Assembly (NCBI GenBank): GCA_965213675.1
Contig: OZ243916.1
Coordinates: 1,792,001-1,856,000, forward strand
Direction of reading: 5' to 3'
DNA length: 64,000 bases
Origin: an uncultured Candidatus Binatia bacterium
Lineage (GTDB): Bacteria; Desulfobacterota; Binatia; UBA9968; JAJDTQ01
Shown: one piece after another, positions 37,981 through 47,678 of the stretch
Numbering within the stretch: position 1 is the first letter of the stretch
Layout: each line of letters starts with the position of its first letter
The notes under the pieces: model-generated
What the model was told of the DNA's origin: nothing
Databases searched by the model: none
Seen by the model: the letters and a program-made list of their open reading frames with translations, nothing else
Made by a program: the position numbers and the translations under genes

Positions 37981-38901
37981 CTACCTTCCGGCCAGCGACC
38001 CATCCGCCGGCCCAAGGACCGCAACCATGTCCTGGTAGGTGGCGAGGCCGAAACGGGCTTCCATCTCTTCGCGCCAGATGGCGTCCAGAGCTTCGCGCAC
38101 GTCCAGGGGCAGGGTGTTGGCGTGATCGCCCACCCGGCCGCTTCGGACCTTGGACGAGGAGCCACCCGGGGGCAGGCCGGCGGCGGCATTGCGCGCCTCG
38201 CGCACCACGTGGTCGTCGAACCGCGAGCCGTGAGCCTTCATGAAGTCGATGGAGGACTGGCGGACGACGATATCCAGGAGAGCGCCGTCCAGCGGACAGC
38301 CGATGAAGCGGGCGATGCGGCGCACCGTGCCGGCGACGTCGGCCAACGCTGATTCATAGGCCAGCATCAGCACGTCTTCGCGCCCACGTTGCGGCCACCA
38401 CGACGCCACGTGCTTCCAGTAACCCCGGTCCCGCTCCGGGGCCAGGAAGAAGTTGCGGGCGTAGTCGGCCATGGCGATGGCGCCGGTCTCGAAGCGCCAG
38501 CCCTCGTGGAAGTGATAGAGCGACACGAGCACGTCCCTGGGGTCGCGCACCATGGAGATGTAGCGCCCCCCCTTGGGCACGTCGTGCCAGCTCAGGTGGC
38601 TCTTGAAGGCGCGGGGCTCGGCCACTTGGGGTGCCTCGGGGTCGATGCCCAGGTCCTGGGCCAGTTCGAGCCACGGCGCCACCAGGGTAATCTCGTCGAA
38701 GTCCATGGAGCCGCGGGTCCGCAGTCCGTGCACGATCTGTTGCAGCCACGTGGTGCCGCACTTGGGGAAGGTGGCGATGAGAACGTCGGTGGGACGCGGC
38801 CGGAACGCCAGCGCCGCGGCGCGGCTGGCCATGCTGCCGATGCCGCCGCGGTAGGACGCCATCTCGGCCACTGATCGGGCGCGCTTGAGAACGGGTGTCA
38901 C
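37981..38901 (-). CDS. PAPS-dependent sulfotransferase (Sulfotransfer_1, cytosolic SULT-like)
   Basis: 5'-PSB loop TFPKCGTTW, KSHL (catalytic His), 3'-PB RDPRDVLVS and C-terminal RSGRVGD; GTGA overlap with the upstream gene. Confidence 0.93.
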   Translation of the reverse strand: MTPVLKRARSVAEMASYRGGIGSMASRAAALAFRPRPTDVLIATFPKCGTTWLQQIVHGLRTRGSMDFDEITLVAPWLELAQDLGIDPEAPQVAEPRAFKSHLSWHDVPKGGRYISMVRDPRDVLVSLYHFHEGWRFETGAIAMADYARNFFLAPERDRGYWKHVASWWPQRGREDVLMLAYESALADVAGTVRRIARFIGCPLDGALLDIVVRQSSIDFMKAHGSRFDDHVVREARNAAAGLPPGGSSSKVRSGRVGDHANTLPLDVREALDAIWREEMEARFGLATYQDMVAVLGPADGSLAGR

Positions 38902-40325
38902 CAGTCCCGGTTGATGAACGCCAGCATCCGCTCGGCGCCGTCCCTTTCCTGGAACTGCGCGTAGGCGCGCCGCCGCTGGTTGTCCGGGTCGCCGCTCTGC
39001 AGACGCTCGTAGAGTTGCCCGCGCTTGCCGAACGGCGTCATGACGAGATCCGCCGCCACCGCCAGGAGTCTCAGGTGTTCCCGGGTGCTGGGTGCGCAGC
39101 CGCGAAAGAAACGCTCCACCAGCGGCCCCAACTCCTCATCGGCCAGGTCCGAGCCGCCGCCGGTGAGCACCAGCGAACTGGTCAGCAGTCCCTCCATGTT
39201 CTCCACGGCCCGGTCGCACGCCTCGATGCTGTGCACCCGGTAGGCGGGGGTGAGACGCGGCGCCCACATGCCGCCGTCGGTCCGGAACGCGCGCGCCTCG
39301 CCCATGGCCACGCAATCGCGCAGGATTTCCAGGTCCTTGACGAACGAGGCCAGCCGGAGCTGCGCGTTGGGGTTCTTGTGACGGCCGGACCATTCGGTCA
39401 GGAGTTGGGAAACCGCGAGGAACGTTTCGAGCTTGATGATGAGCCGCACCAAGGTGGCGTAGGCCGCCCAGGTCTGGATGCTCCGGTGAAAGCCGGCCAC
39501 AAGGGCGGGCGCGCGGTAGGCGAACACCCGGTTCCACGGCACCAGCACGTCGTCAAAGATGAGCGTGGCGTCCACTTCGTCGAAGCGGGCGGTGATGGGA
39601 AAGCGCTCCGGGTCGGCGTGCTCGGCGTAAAGGTCGCGACAGACGATCTTGAGGCCCGGCGCGTTCATGGGGATGGCGAAGGCCAGGGCGTAGTCCGGTT
39701 CGTCCAGGTCCCGCGGCCGGTTGGGGTACACCAGCGCCTCGTCGGACAGGGGCGCCAGGGTCGCCAGGTTCCGGAGACCGCGCACCACCGGCCCGCCCGA
39801 GGTCTCCCGCACCACGTGCAGAACCAGGTCCGGATCGGGCTGCTCGCTCACCCGCCTGGAGTGGTCGTAGAACTGGTCCTGCAGGGCATGGGTAAGGCAC
39901 AGGTCGCCGGCGATGCAGTGACGATAGTAGGCGCGGGCGTTCTCGCCCCAGCGCGGATCGTGGGCCGCCAACGTGCCGGCGATGTCGAGCATGCCCACCA
40001 CCAACTCGGCGCAGAACTCCGGGTAGCGGCCCATCTGGCCGAAGGTCTCCCGGGACCATAGCTCGATGTTGCCGCGTTTGGCCTGAAGCTCCTCCGCGTT
40101 CACCGGCGGCAGGTAGCTCAGGGAAATGCGTTCACCGTCCCGCTCCACGGTCATGGCGTCGCCGTCTTCCGCGGACGCCTGCCGGTCGTAGAGATCCGCC
40201 AGGGTCCGGATGGAACCCGTGAAGCCGGGATGGACGGTCACGTCCTCGATGCGCTTGCCCGCGTGCCACACCTCGCGGCCGTCGCGCAACGACTCGATGT
40301 AGTTCCTGCCGGTTCGAATGGCCAT
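38898..40325 (-). CDS. 4-hydroxyphenylacetate 3-hydroxylase (HpaB)-like FADH2-dependent monooxygenase
   Basis: RTGRNYIESLRDGREVW, GQMGR, FAIPMNAPGLK, RFDEVDA and FDDVLVPWNRVF; AGGAG SD. Confidence 0.92.
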   Translation of the reverse strand: MAIRTGRNYIESLRDGREVWHAGKRIEDVTVHPGFTGSIRTLADLYDRQASAEDGDAMTVERDGERISLSYLPPVNAEELQAKRGNIELWSRETFGQMGRYPEFCAELVVGMLDIAGTLAAHDPRWGENARAYYRHCIAGDLCLTHALQDQFYDHSRRVSEQPDPDLVLHVVRETSGGPVVRGLRNLATLAPLSDEALVYPNRPRDLDEPDYALAFAIPMNAPGLKIVCRDLYAEHADPERFPITARFDEVDATLIFDDVLVPWNRVFAYRAPALVAGFHRSIQTWAAYATLVRLIIKLETFLAVSQLLTEWSGRHKNPNAQLRLASFVKDLEILRDCVAMGEARAFRTDGGMWAPRLTPAYRVHSIEACDRAVENMEGLLTSSLVLTGGGSDLADEELGPLVERFFRGCAPSTREHLRLLAVAADLVMTPFGKRGQLYERLQSGDPDNQRRRAYAQFQERDGAERMLAFINRDW

Positions 40326-40450
40326 GACCCTGATCTCCTGCCGAGACCCGCGTGAACCACGCGCGCGAATCTGTTTGATCGTTTTCGAGCTGAACGAGAA
40401 GCGGCTATGAAGAATGGGACGAGCGCACACCCGTCGCCGGCATACCCGTC

Positions 40451-41926
40451 ATGACACCCTGGCTCAGAGACTTCATCGACAACCGCATCTTCGGCCCCAA
40501 CCACCGCTGGTGGGCGCTGCTGGTGGTCGTGGTCTCCGTTTTCATCGCCACTACGGATGTCGGCATGCTTACCATAAGCCTGCCGGTCATCATAACCGAC
40601 TTCCGCACGGATATCACTTTCGCCGGCTGGATCGTCTTCGTCTACGCGCTGGTGACGGGCGCCCTCTACCTGCCGTGCGGCCGGCTCTCGGACCTCCTCG
40701 GGCGCAAGCTCACCTTCTCCGCGGGTTTCCTGGTGTACGGCGTGGCCTCGGCGCTGGCGGGCCTGGCGCACGGACCCGCGCCGCTGATGGCCTGCCGCGT
40801 GGGCCAGGCCGTGGGCGCCGCGCTCATGATGACCAACACCTTCGCCCTCACGGCGACCCTCTTTACCGGCGCCGACCGGGGCCGGGCCATGGGCATCTCC
40901 GGCGGCCTGGTCTCGGCCATCGGCTTTACCCTGGGGCCCGTGGTGGGCGGATTCATCACCTTCACCCTGGGCTGGCGCTATATATTCTTCATTTCCAGCG
41001 CCCTCTCCTTCATCGGCTTCGCCGCCGCCCGCCTTCTCCTGCTCGACGACCGCCAGCGCGACAAACCGGCGCACCGGGAGCCCTTCGACTTCGCCGGCGC
41101 CGGCCTGTTCGCCGTGGGCCTGACGTTCCTGCTGCTGGGCATCACCCGGGGCGGCCTGGGCTACGGGGGGTTCGCCCTGAGCGCCGTCTTTCTGGGCCTG
41201 TTCGTCTGGCGGGAAGCCACCTGCCCCTACCCCATCCTCGACCTCGCGCTGTTGCGCATCGTGCCCTTTGCCGCGGGCAACATTGCGCGGCTGTCCACTT
41301 TCGTGGCGCTCAGCACCAACGAGTTGATGATGCCGTTCCTGCTCCAACTCGTGCTGGGCATGGACCCGCTGGAATCCGGCGGTCTGATGACCGCCATCGC
41401 GCTGGTGCTCATGGTGGCATCGCCCTCGGCGGGCTGGCTCACCGACCGGGTTGGCTCCACCCTGCCGGCCGCCGCGGGGGCCAGCGTGGTGGCCGTGGCC
41501 ATGTACTCCATGAGCCTCCTGGGACCCGATTCCACCCCGGCGGAGATCGTGCCGCGCCTGGCCCTGCTGGGCGTGGGGCTGGGGCTCTTTCAGACCCCCA
41601 ACAACCACGGCCTCATCAGCTCCGTGCCGCCCGAAAGTCTGGGCATCGCCTCGTCGGTCATCTCCATCATCCGCAGCGTGGGCCGCTCCCTGGGCACCGC
41701 CGCCGCCACCGCCTTCGTGAGCATGCGGCTGGCCGCGGCCACCAACGCCACCGGACCGCAGGACCTGGCCGCGCTGAATCTCGCAGCCAATCCACGGCTC
41801 CTGGACGCCTTCATGGAAGGGTACGGCAACGCCTACGTCACCGCGGCGTACCTTGGACTGAGCGCGCTGTTGTTCACGCTGATCGCCGCGACGGGGACGG
41901 GAGCGGGCAGGGGCAAACGGGGCTGA
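40451..41926 (+). CDS. MFS efflux transporter, DHA2 (EmrB/QacA-like, ~14 TMS)
   Basis: GRLSDLLGRK, GPVVGGFIT and GWRYIF. Confidence 0.88.
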   Translation: MTPWLRDFIDNRIFGPNHRWWALLVVVVSVFIATTDVGMLTISLPVIITDFRTDITFAGWIVFVYALVTGALYLPCGRLSDLLGRKLTFSAGFLVYGVASALAGLAHGPAPLMACRVGQAVGAALMMTNTFALTATLFTGADRGRAMGISGGLVSAIGFTLGPVVGGFITFTLGWRYIFFISSALSFIGFAAARLLLLDDRQRDKPAHREPFDFAGAGLFAVGLTFLLLGITRGGLGYGGFALSAVFLGLFVWREATCPYPILDLALLRIVPFAAGNIARLSTFVALSTNELMMPFLLQLVLGMDPLESGGLMTAIALVLMVASPSAGWLTDRVGSTLPAAAGASVVAVAMYSMSLLGPDSTPAEIVPRLALLGVGLGLFQTPNNHGLISSVPPESLGIASSVISIIRSVGRSLGTAAATAFVSMRLAAATNATGPQDLAALNLAANPRLLDAFMEGYGNAYVTAAYLGLSALLFTLIAATGTGAGRGKRG

Positions 41927-42035
41927 AACTCCGGGGCTGAAACCCCGAACCGGGCGGGCACGGGATGGAGCATCAGTTCACAGCGAGCGCGAATCGAACC
42001 GCGCAACGATACCAGCGGATCTCGCCGCGGCGCAT

Positions 42036-42812
42036 TCACCCGTTGTGATCGACAAGGGACCGTGCATCATCGAGGAAACCCGGGTGGGCGAGCAGAACCG
42101 GGCCTCCCCGGATCAGGTCCACATCGGGAAAGGCCGACCGGCAGCCGGCCTCATGCCCGATGACGAGGCCCGCGGCGCAGTCCCAGCTCTGGAGGTGCGC
42201 TTCGTAATAGGCGCCCGCCGAGCCCCGGGCCACCAGCGCAAGGCTCAACGCCGCGGAACCGAGCCGCCGGTAGTCGTGCTCGGACCTCACGATCCGGTCG
42301 ACGAGACTCAGATACGCCGCATGATCCGTGCGGTTCGAGCGACCCAGCAGGAACAGATGATGCCAGTCTGAAGCCGCACCGGCCTTCATGGGAACCCCGT
42401 TCAACGTGGCCCCCTGGCCCCGCGCCGCGGCATACATCTCGTCCCGGTCCGGCGCGTAGATCACGCCGAATTCGAGGCGTCCCTCCATGGCGAAGCCCAC
42501 CGAGATCGCCCACTGATCCAGGCCCTCGGCAAAGTTCGTGGTGCCGTCGATGGGGTCGATGATCCAGAGCTTCTCCCCCTCGGCGCTCCCGTGCGTCTCC
42601 TCGGCCAACACCCCGTCCTCCGGGAATGCTTCACGAATCGCCTCCACAAGGCGCGCTTCCACCGCGAGATCGGCGTTGGTCACCCAATCCTGCCGCCCCT
42701 TCCCGGAGATGGCCAGGGTGGACTGTCGCAGCGTCAGCGCCAGGGAACCCGCTTCACCGGCCATGGCCTGGGCGAGGGCGAAGCGTGGACTCAGCAACTC
42801 CCGCGCGGTCAT
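42036..42812 (-). CDS. Inositol monophosphatase family phosphatase
   Basis: VTNAD, AEE, DPIDGTTNF, GSAAL and WDCAAG. Confidence 0.93.
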   Translation of the reverse strand: MTARELLSPRFALAQAMAGEAGSLALTLRQSTLAISGKGRQDWVTNADLAVEARLVEAIREAFPEDGVLAEETHGSAEGEKLWIIDPIDGTTNFAEGLDQWAISVGFAMEGRLEFGVIYAPDRDEMYAAARGQGATLNGVPMKAGAASDWHHLFLLGRSNRTDHAAYLSLVDRIVRSEHDYRRLGSAALSLALVARGSAGAYYEAHLQSWDCAAGLVIGHEAGCRSAFPDVDLIRGGPVLLAHPGFLDDARSLVDHNG

Positions 42813-42958
42813 GTTCCAGCCTCGCGCCGGTGCGCCGATGCAACGGCGGGTTGTTCGCCGGCGCGAATGCGAAGAGAGACGTCCTGAATCACCCGCGTCG
42901 CGCCAAAGGACTTGCTTACGTTTTCGAGTTCGATTTCCGGCATCGCGACTTCCGGCAT
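42809..42958 (-). pseudogene. Internally deleted ABC ATPase remnant
   Basis: MPEIELENVSKSFGATRVIQDVSLRIRAGE is an ATPase N-terminus ending before Walker A; its TGA overlaps the IMPase ATG. Confidence 0.75.
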
Positions 42959-43149
42959 CACACTCCGCCGCTGTTCCCGGCCGCCGCCCCCGGAGCGGTG
43001 GGCCGGAGTTCGTTTTTTCTTCACACTTTCTTCACAGTTTCATAACCCATGCCAGTAGACAAGGCACCCGAAAACGTCCTTACGTCTCAGCCACACGGTG
43101 CCGGCCCCCGGGCCGAAACAAGACCCACGAGGAGGACGCCATCTGGCGC

Positions 43150-43308
43150 TCGCGAGCGTCATTGCCCCTTTTCACCGCCTCGGCCGCCATGGTCGAGAAG
43201 CTGGTGATCGCCGGACGCGACGGCGGATATGCTTCCGCCCTGTCGAAGATGGTGGCGGGCGTGCTGGCGGCGTTCTACGCCACGAGGCTCTTGAAGGGGT
43301 CGTCCTGA
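43150..43308 (+). pseudogene. Probable C-terminal fragment of a membrane protein
   Basis: ...AMVEKLVIAGRDGGYASALSKMVAGVLAAFYATRLLKGSS with genic codon usage but no credible start. Confidence 0.35.
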
Positions 43309-43426
43309 TGAACGGCGTGTCCCCGGGCGGCGGCCCTGTTCCTGCTGCCCCATCGGGCGGATGGCCGGCACGTGGTCCGGCCACCACCTGAACGCCAAAG
43401 GGCATCCATGCCGGAAGGAGCCCGAC

Positions 43427-44170
43427 CTATTTCCCGTCCACCAGCCGCAACTTGTCCACATCCATCACGGACAGTCGGTCACCGGTGGCCCCGGTGTCTC
43501 CCGGACGATAGATTCCGACCTTCAAATGCGGCTCGCCGCAAGCGCGCCGTCGCCGGATCAATTTGTTGGCAACGACCTTCCTCCCGTCAAGGTACAGGTC
43601 GTAGGAGCGCGCGGGGTTGAAGTCGAATCGGACGTCCACCCATTTCCCTCGAATCCCCTGGACCAGGAAGGGAGTTGCCGCGCCCTGAAGCCGCCCATGA
43701 TCGAACTTCACCATGACCAGAGGGCCAACCCGGCAACCGCTGGTATACTGATGGAGTTGCAGAAAATTCTCGCGGTCGTGGTCGAAACCCCTTGCGAACC
43801 TGACCCTGTAGGTCAGCGAGTAGTCACGGCCCTTTTCCAAAGCCGTCGACTGCTTGATCTCCGCCCGCTCCCAATAAGGAGCCCGTGACCTCGAGCGAGC
43901 GTCGCTGCGGCATCCCCCCACCTGCCCGTCTTTCAACGTGAAGCGCAGAAATCTTTCGCCGTTCTCCCGGATCCACTGCGTGGACGAGGAAGCGGGAAGG
44001 TCACAATTCGCATGGAACGCGACGTTCCAGTCGCTGTCCTTGTAGGTCCTCTTGCCGGAGTCGTTGAAGCTCCGGGCAGGGGTGTAGTCGGCCACGGCCA
44101 CATGAACGCCGGTCAGGAGGGACGCCGCCACCAAAAGAATACTTCGCAAGTCAGTCAACTGGCCCGGCAT
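43427..44170 (-). CDS. Secreted polysaccharide lyase-like protein (beta-jelly roll, PL7/heparin lyase-like)
   Basis: Signal peptide ending AVA; ERAEIKQ, FLQLHQ and HLKVGIYR resemble the RxEL, QxH and YFKxGxY motifs. Confidence 0.7.
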   Translation of the reverse strand: MPGQLTDLRSILLVAASLLTGVHVAVADYTPARSFNDSGKRTYKDSDWNVAFHANCDLPASSSTQWIRENGERFLRFTLKDGQVGGCRSDARSRSRAPYWERAEIKQSTALEKGRDYSLTYRVRFARGFDHDRENFLQLHQYTSGCRVGPLVMVKFDHGRLQGAATPFLVQGIRGKWVDVRFDFNPARSYDLYLDGRKVVANKLIRRRRACGEPHLKVGIYRPGDTGATGDRLSVMDVDKLRLVDGK

Positions 44171-44356
44171 GTACCATCAGCCCGGACGCGTGCCATCCGG
44201 CCTCCGGGCCTTCAGCGTTACCCCGTCGCAGCCGGTGAACACCAACGCGCCACATGTCAGCAGCAACGCCGCCGTCTTCCGATTTCCGCGTGTGCCCACA
44301 CCGTCGCCCTCCGTTTCCTGGCGCCCCATTTCCGGGTGTCCCACCCCACTTCTCCA

Positions 44357-45463
44357 CTACAGTCCGTACAACCGCCGGGCGTTGTCGCTGAGGATCTTGT
44401 GCTTGACGTCCTCGGAGAGGTCCGTGCGTTCGCGGAATACCCGGATGGCATCCACGTCGCTGGAGGTGTCGGTGTGGCCGTAGTCGGTGCCGATGACCAA
44501 GCCGTCCTCGCCGGTCTCCTGCACGACGTAGGGCAGGTCGTCGGTGTTTTCGCAGGTGACGAACATGTTGAAATGTTCCATGGGGTTGTCCGGCCACTCG
44601 CGGCCCATGACCCGGTAGCGGTTGCGCACTTCGTGCAGGATCCACGGCAGCCACTGGGAACTGGCCTCGATGAAACCCCAGCGGAGCTTCGGGAACAGCT
44701 CCGGCACCTCGCTGAAGAGCACGTCGGCGAAGCCGCCGACGGTGGGGATGCGGAAACGATGGAAAGTGGCCCCGAGGCGCACGGGATGGCTGTAGAGGTC
44801 GTTGAGCCATGCGCTGCCGTTGGCAATGTGCACGGCGATGGCCATGTCCAGGCGGCTGGCCTCTTCGTAAACCGGGTAGAAATACGGGTCCACCAGCATC
44901 CGGTTGTTCTCGAACGGTCGCATCAGCACGGCGCAGGCGCCGTGCTCCCTGGAAAAGCGGATCTGGTCCAGGGCGTCGGACATGCTCAGGGTGGGAGCCA
45001 GGCACGACCAGCGCAGGCGCCCGTCGGACTGGGACCAGATGTCCGCCAGCCAGCGGTTCCAGCTTCCGCACAGCGCGACTTCCACCGGCGCCCGCTCCGT
45101 CACCTGCTCGATGAACATGGTGTTGTGCAGCACCTGCACGTCCACGCCCGTGGCGTCCATGTGCTCCAGCCGAAGGCCCACGTTGCCCAGCTCCCGGGCG
45201 GCCTGGGCCTCGGCGAACTTGCGCCCCACCCGCTCCTGCCGCCGCTGCAACTCCTCCTCGGAGAACGCGGGGAAGCGGAACCCGCGCACCTTGCCGTCCA
45301 CCAGCCAGAACTGAAGCGCGGCGCCGTCCTCCTCCGGAGACACCAGCGGCACCGGCCGGAACTGCTTCTCCGACCCCTCGAGAAAGTCCCAGGTGCGGTC
45401 GCACTCCACGACATGGGCGTCGGAATCGACGATCAAGGACGTTCCGTTGGCATCTGCGCTCAT
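44357..45463 (-). CDS. Amidohydrolase_2 family protein
   Basis: VDSDAHVVE, WNRWLAD, VHIA and IGTDYGH. Confidence 0.9.
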   Translation of the reverse strand: MSADANGTSLIVDSDAHVVECDRTWDFLEGSEKQFRPVPLVSPEEDGAALQFWLVDGKVRGFRFPAFSEEELQRRQERVGRKFAEAQAARELGNVGLRLEHMDATGVDVQVLHNTMFIEQVTERAPVEVALCGSWNRWLADIWSQSDGRLRWSCLAPTLSMSDALDQIRFSREHGACAVLMRPFENNRMLVDPYFYPVYEEASRLDMAIAVHIANGSAWLNDLYSHPVRLGATFHRFRIPTVGGFADVLFSEVPELFPKLRWGFIEASSQWLPWILHEVRNRYRVMGREWPDNPMEHFNMFVTCENTDDLPYVVQETGEDGLVIGTDYGHTDTSSDVDAIRVFRERTDLSEDVKHKILSDNARRLYGL

Positions 45464-45593
45464 GTTCTGCTCCTTGAGGGTCCGGACCCTTGTTCAAGCG
45501 GGCGCCGCGCGCCCGCGCCGGTTCAATGCGTCACGACTCTCATCCATCGCGCCGAGCCCCGCGACTTCGCTGCGCAAGCCCTCTACGGCACAT

Positions 45594-47207
45594 CTACTGC
45601 AACTCGGCGAAAAAGTCGTTGCCCTTGTCATCCACGATGATGAAGGCGGGGAAGTTCTCCACGTCGATCTTCCACACGGCCTCCATGCCCAGTTCGGGAT
45701 AATCGAGCACATCCACGCGCTTGATGTTGTCCTTGGCCAGCACCGCGGCGGGGCCGCCGATGGAGCCGAGGTAGAACCCGCCGTGCTTCTTGCACGCGTC
45801 GGTGACCTGACGCGAGCGGTTGCCCTTGGCCAACGAGATCAGGCTACCGCCGTGGGCCTGGAACAGGTCCACGTAGGAGTCCATGCGCCCGGCGGTGGTG
45901 GGGCCGAAGGATCCCGAGGCGTAACCCTCCGGAGTCTTGGCGGGTCCCGCGTAGTAGACCACGTGGTCCTTGAAATAGTCCGGCAAGGGCTCGCCCGCGT
46001 CGAGGCGCTCCTTGAGCCGGGCATGGGCCAGGTCCCGGGCCACCACAATGGTGCCGTTGAGGGACAGCCGCGTCTTCACCGGGTGCCGCGAAAGCGTGGC
46101 GCGGATCTCGTCCATGGGGCGGCTCAGGTCGACGCTCACCACCGCGTCCGCGTCGTCCTCCTCGACGAAGTCCGGCAGGTATCTGGCCGGATCCGTCTCC
46201 AGCCGCTCCAGGAATACTCCTTCCCGGGTGATCCGGGCCTTGGCCTGCCGGTCTGCGGAGCACGACACACCGATACCCACCGGACAGGAGGCGCCGTGAC
46301 GCGGCAACCGGATGACCCGCACCTCGTGGGTGAAGTACTTGCCGCCGAACTGCGCGCCCACGCCCATGGCCTGACTGATGGCCTGAACCCGCGCCTCCAG
46401 CTCCAGGTCGCGGAACGCCCGGCCGTACTCGTTGCCGGTGGTGGGAAGGCTGTCCAGGTAGCGCGTGCTCGCGAGCTTCACGGTCTTGAGGTTGAACTCC
46501 GCCGACATGCCCCCCACCACGATGGCCAGGTAGTAGGGCGGGCACGCCGCGGTGCCGATGGTCTTGATCTGCTTCTCCAGGAACGCCACCAGCGACGCTT
46601 CGTTCAAGAGCGCCGGCGTCTGCTGGTACAGGAACGACTTGTTGGCCGAGCCGCCGCCCTTGGTGATGAATAACAATTCGTAGGCGTCGCCCAGCGTCGC
46701 GTACAACTCCACCTGAGCCGGCAGATTGGTGCGGGTGTTGTGCTCCTCGTACATGCTCAGGGGCGCAAGCTGCGAGTAGCGCAGGTTGGTGTTCGTGTAG
46801 ACATCGTGGACGCCGGCGGAGAAGGCCTCCTCGTCGTTGGCGCCGGTGAACACGTTCTCGCCCTTCTTGCCGATGACGATGGCCGTGCCCGTGTCCTGGC
46901 ACGCCGGCAACACTCCGCCGGCCGAGATGTTGGCGTTCTTGAGCTGCTGGAGCGCCACGAAGCGGTCGTTCTTCGACGCCTCGGGATCGTCGAGAATGGC
47001 GCGCAATTTGGCGAGGTGGCTCGGGCGGAACAGGTGGGAAATGTCGTGGATGGCCTCCGCCGTGAGCTTCCGCAGCACCGCCGGCTCCACCTTGAGGATG
47101 GCGCGGCCGTCCAGTTCGACCTCGGACACGCCCTCCTTGCCGAGGCTTCGGTATTCGGTGGTGTCGGGACCAAGCTCGAATATGGGTTGAAACCTGAAGT
47201 CTGACAT
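45594..47207 (-). CDS. fumA: Fumarate hydratase class I (Fe-S)
   Basis: [37 protein letters not shown] and GSIGGPAA; start ATG 47207. Confidence 0.95.
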   Translation of the reverse strand: MSDFRFQPIFELGPDTTEYRSLGKEGVSEVELDGRAILKVEPAVLRKLTAEAIHDISHLFRPSHLAKLRAILDDPEASKNDRFVALQQLKNANISAGGVLPACQDTGTAIVIGKKGENVFTGANDEEAFSAGVHDVYTNTNLRYSQLAPLSMYEEHNTRTNLPAQVELYATLGDAYELLFITKGGGSANKSFLYQQTPALLNEASLVAFLEKQIKTIGTAACPPYYLAIVVGGMSAEFNLKTVKLASTRYLDSLPTTGNEYGRAFRDLELEARVQAISQAMGVGAQFGGKYFTHEVRVIRLPRHGASCPVGIGVSCSADRQAKARITREGVFLERLETDPARYLPDFVEEDDADAVVSVDLSRPMDEIRATLSRHPVKTRLSLNGTIVVARDLAHARLKERLDAGEPLPDYFKDHVVYYAGPAKTPEGYASGSFGPTTAGRMDSYVDLFQAHGGSLISLAKGNRSRQVTDACKKHGGFYLGSIGGPAAVLAKDNIKRVDVLDYPELGMEAVWKIDVENFPAFIIVDDKGNDFFAELQ

Positions 47208-47254
47208 GAAGCGATATCTCCCTTTCCGACGCGCCTGCCCGGCGGCCTCCCCGC

Positions 47255-47283
47255 CCTGGATTCCCGCTTCCACGGGAATGACG
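47255..47283 (-). repeat. Single REP, GTCATTCCC family
   Basis: CCTGGATTCCCGCTTCCACGGGAATGACG. Confidence 0.75.
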
Positions 47284-47375
47284 AAGTGCGGTGAGGCGCG
47301 GCGCTGTGGTCCCTGCGGGGTCCGTGGACGGGTCCGGGATTACGTTGTGTTTCTGGTGAGATTATATCCAAACCC

Positions 47376-47457
47376 TTGACGACAAAGCAAAGTCGAGTAT
47401 GCTTCGAGCAGCGTTGGCGCTGATGTCGCCTACGGGAAGTACGTACGAAGTTCGTAC
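47376..47457 (+). promoter_or_regulatory. Sigma70-like promoter with downstream operator-like palindrome
   Basis: TTGACG-16 bp-TATGCT (47376-47403); GTACGAA-G-TTCGTAC (47443-47457). Confidence 0.55.
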
Positions 47458-47678
47458 AAAAGCTGCGCAGGCATCGTGGTGGAGGCAAGGGACCCTTCGC
47501 GTTCGCTGCACGACACGCGACGGGCGGCAAGACCAGGGGAGCCCTCGGGTCCCTTACGCAGGCGACCGCCGAACGATCCTTGTCACCGCAACCGTGAACC
47601 GCCACCCCAAACGGTGGATGGCCCGTGGCCACCCCGTGCCGGCGGCGCGGAGAAGAACATGCAGGAGTCCCCATACTC

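Noticed and set aside
41919-41943. Short direct repeats after stops (CGGGGCTGAAAC x2; also GGCGGAGATTCC x2 near 60177)
   Set aside because: Two-copy local duplications with no further structure
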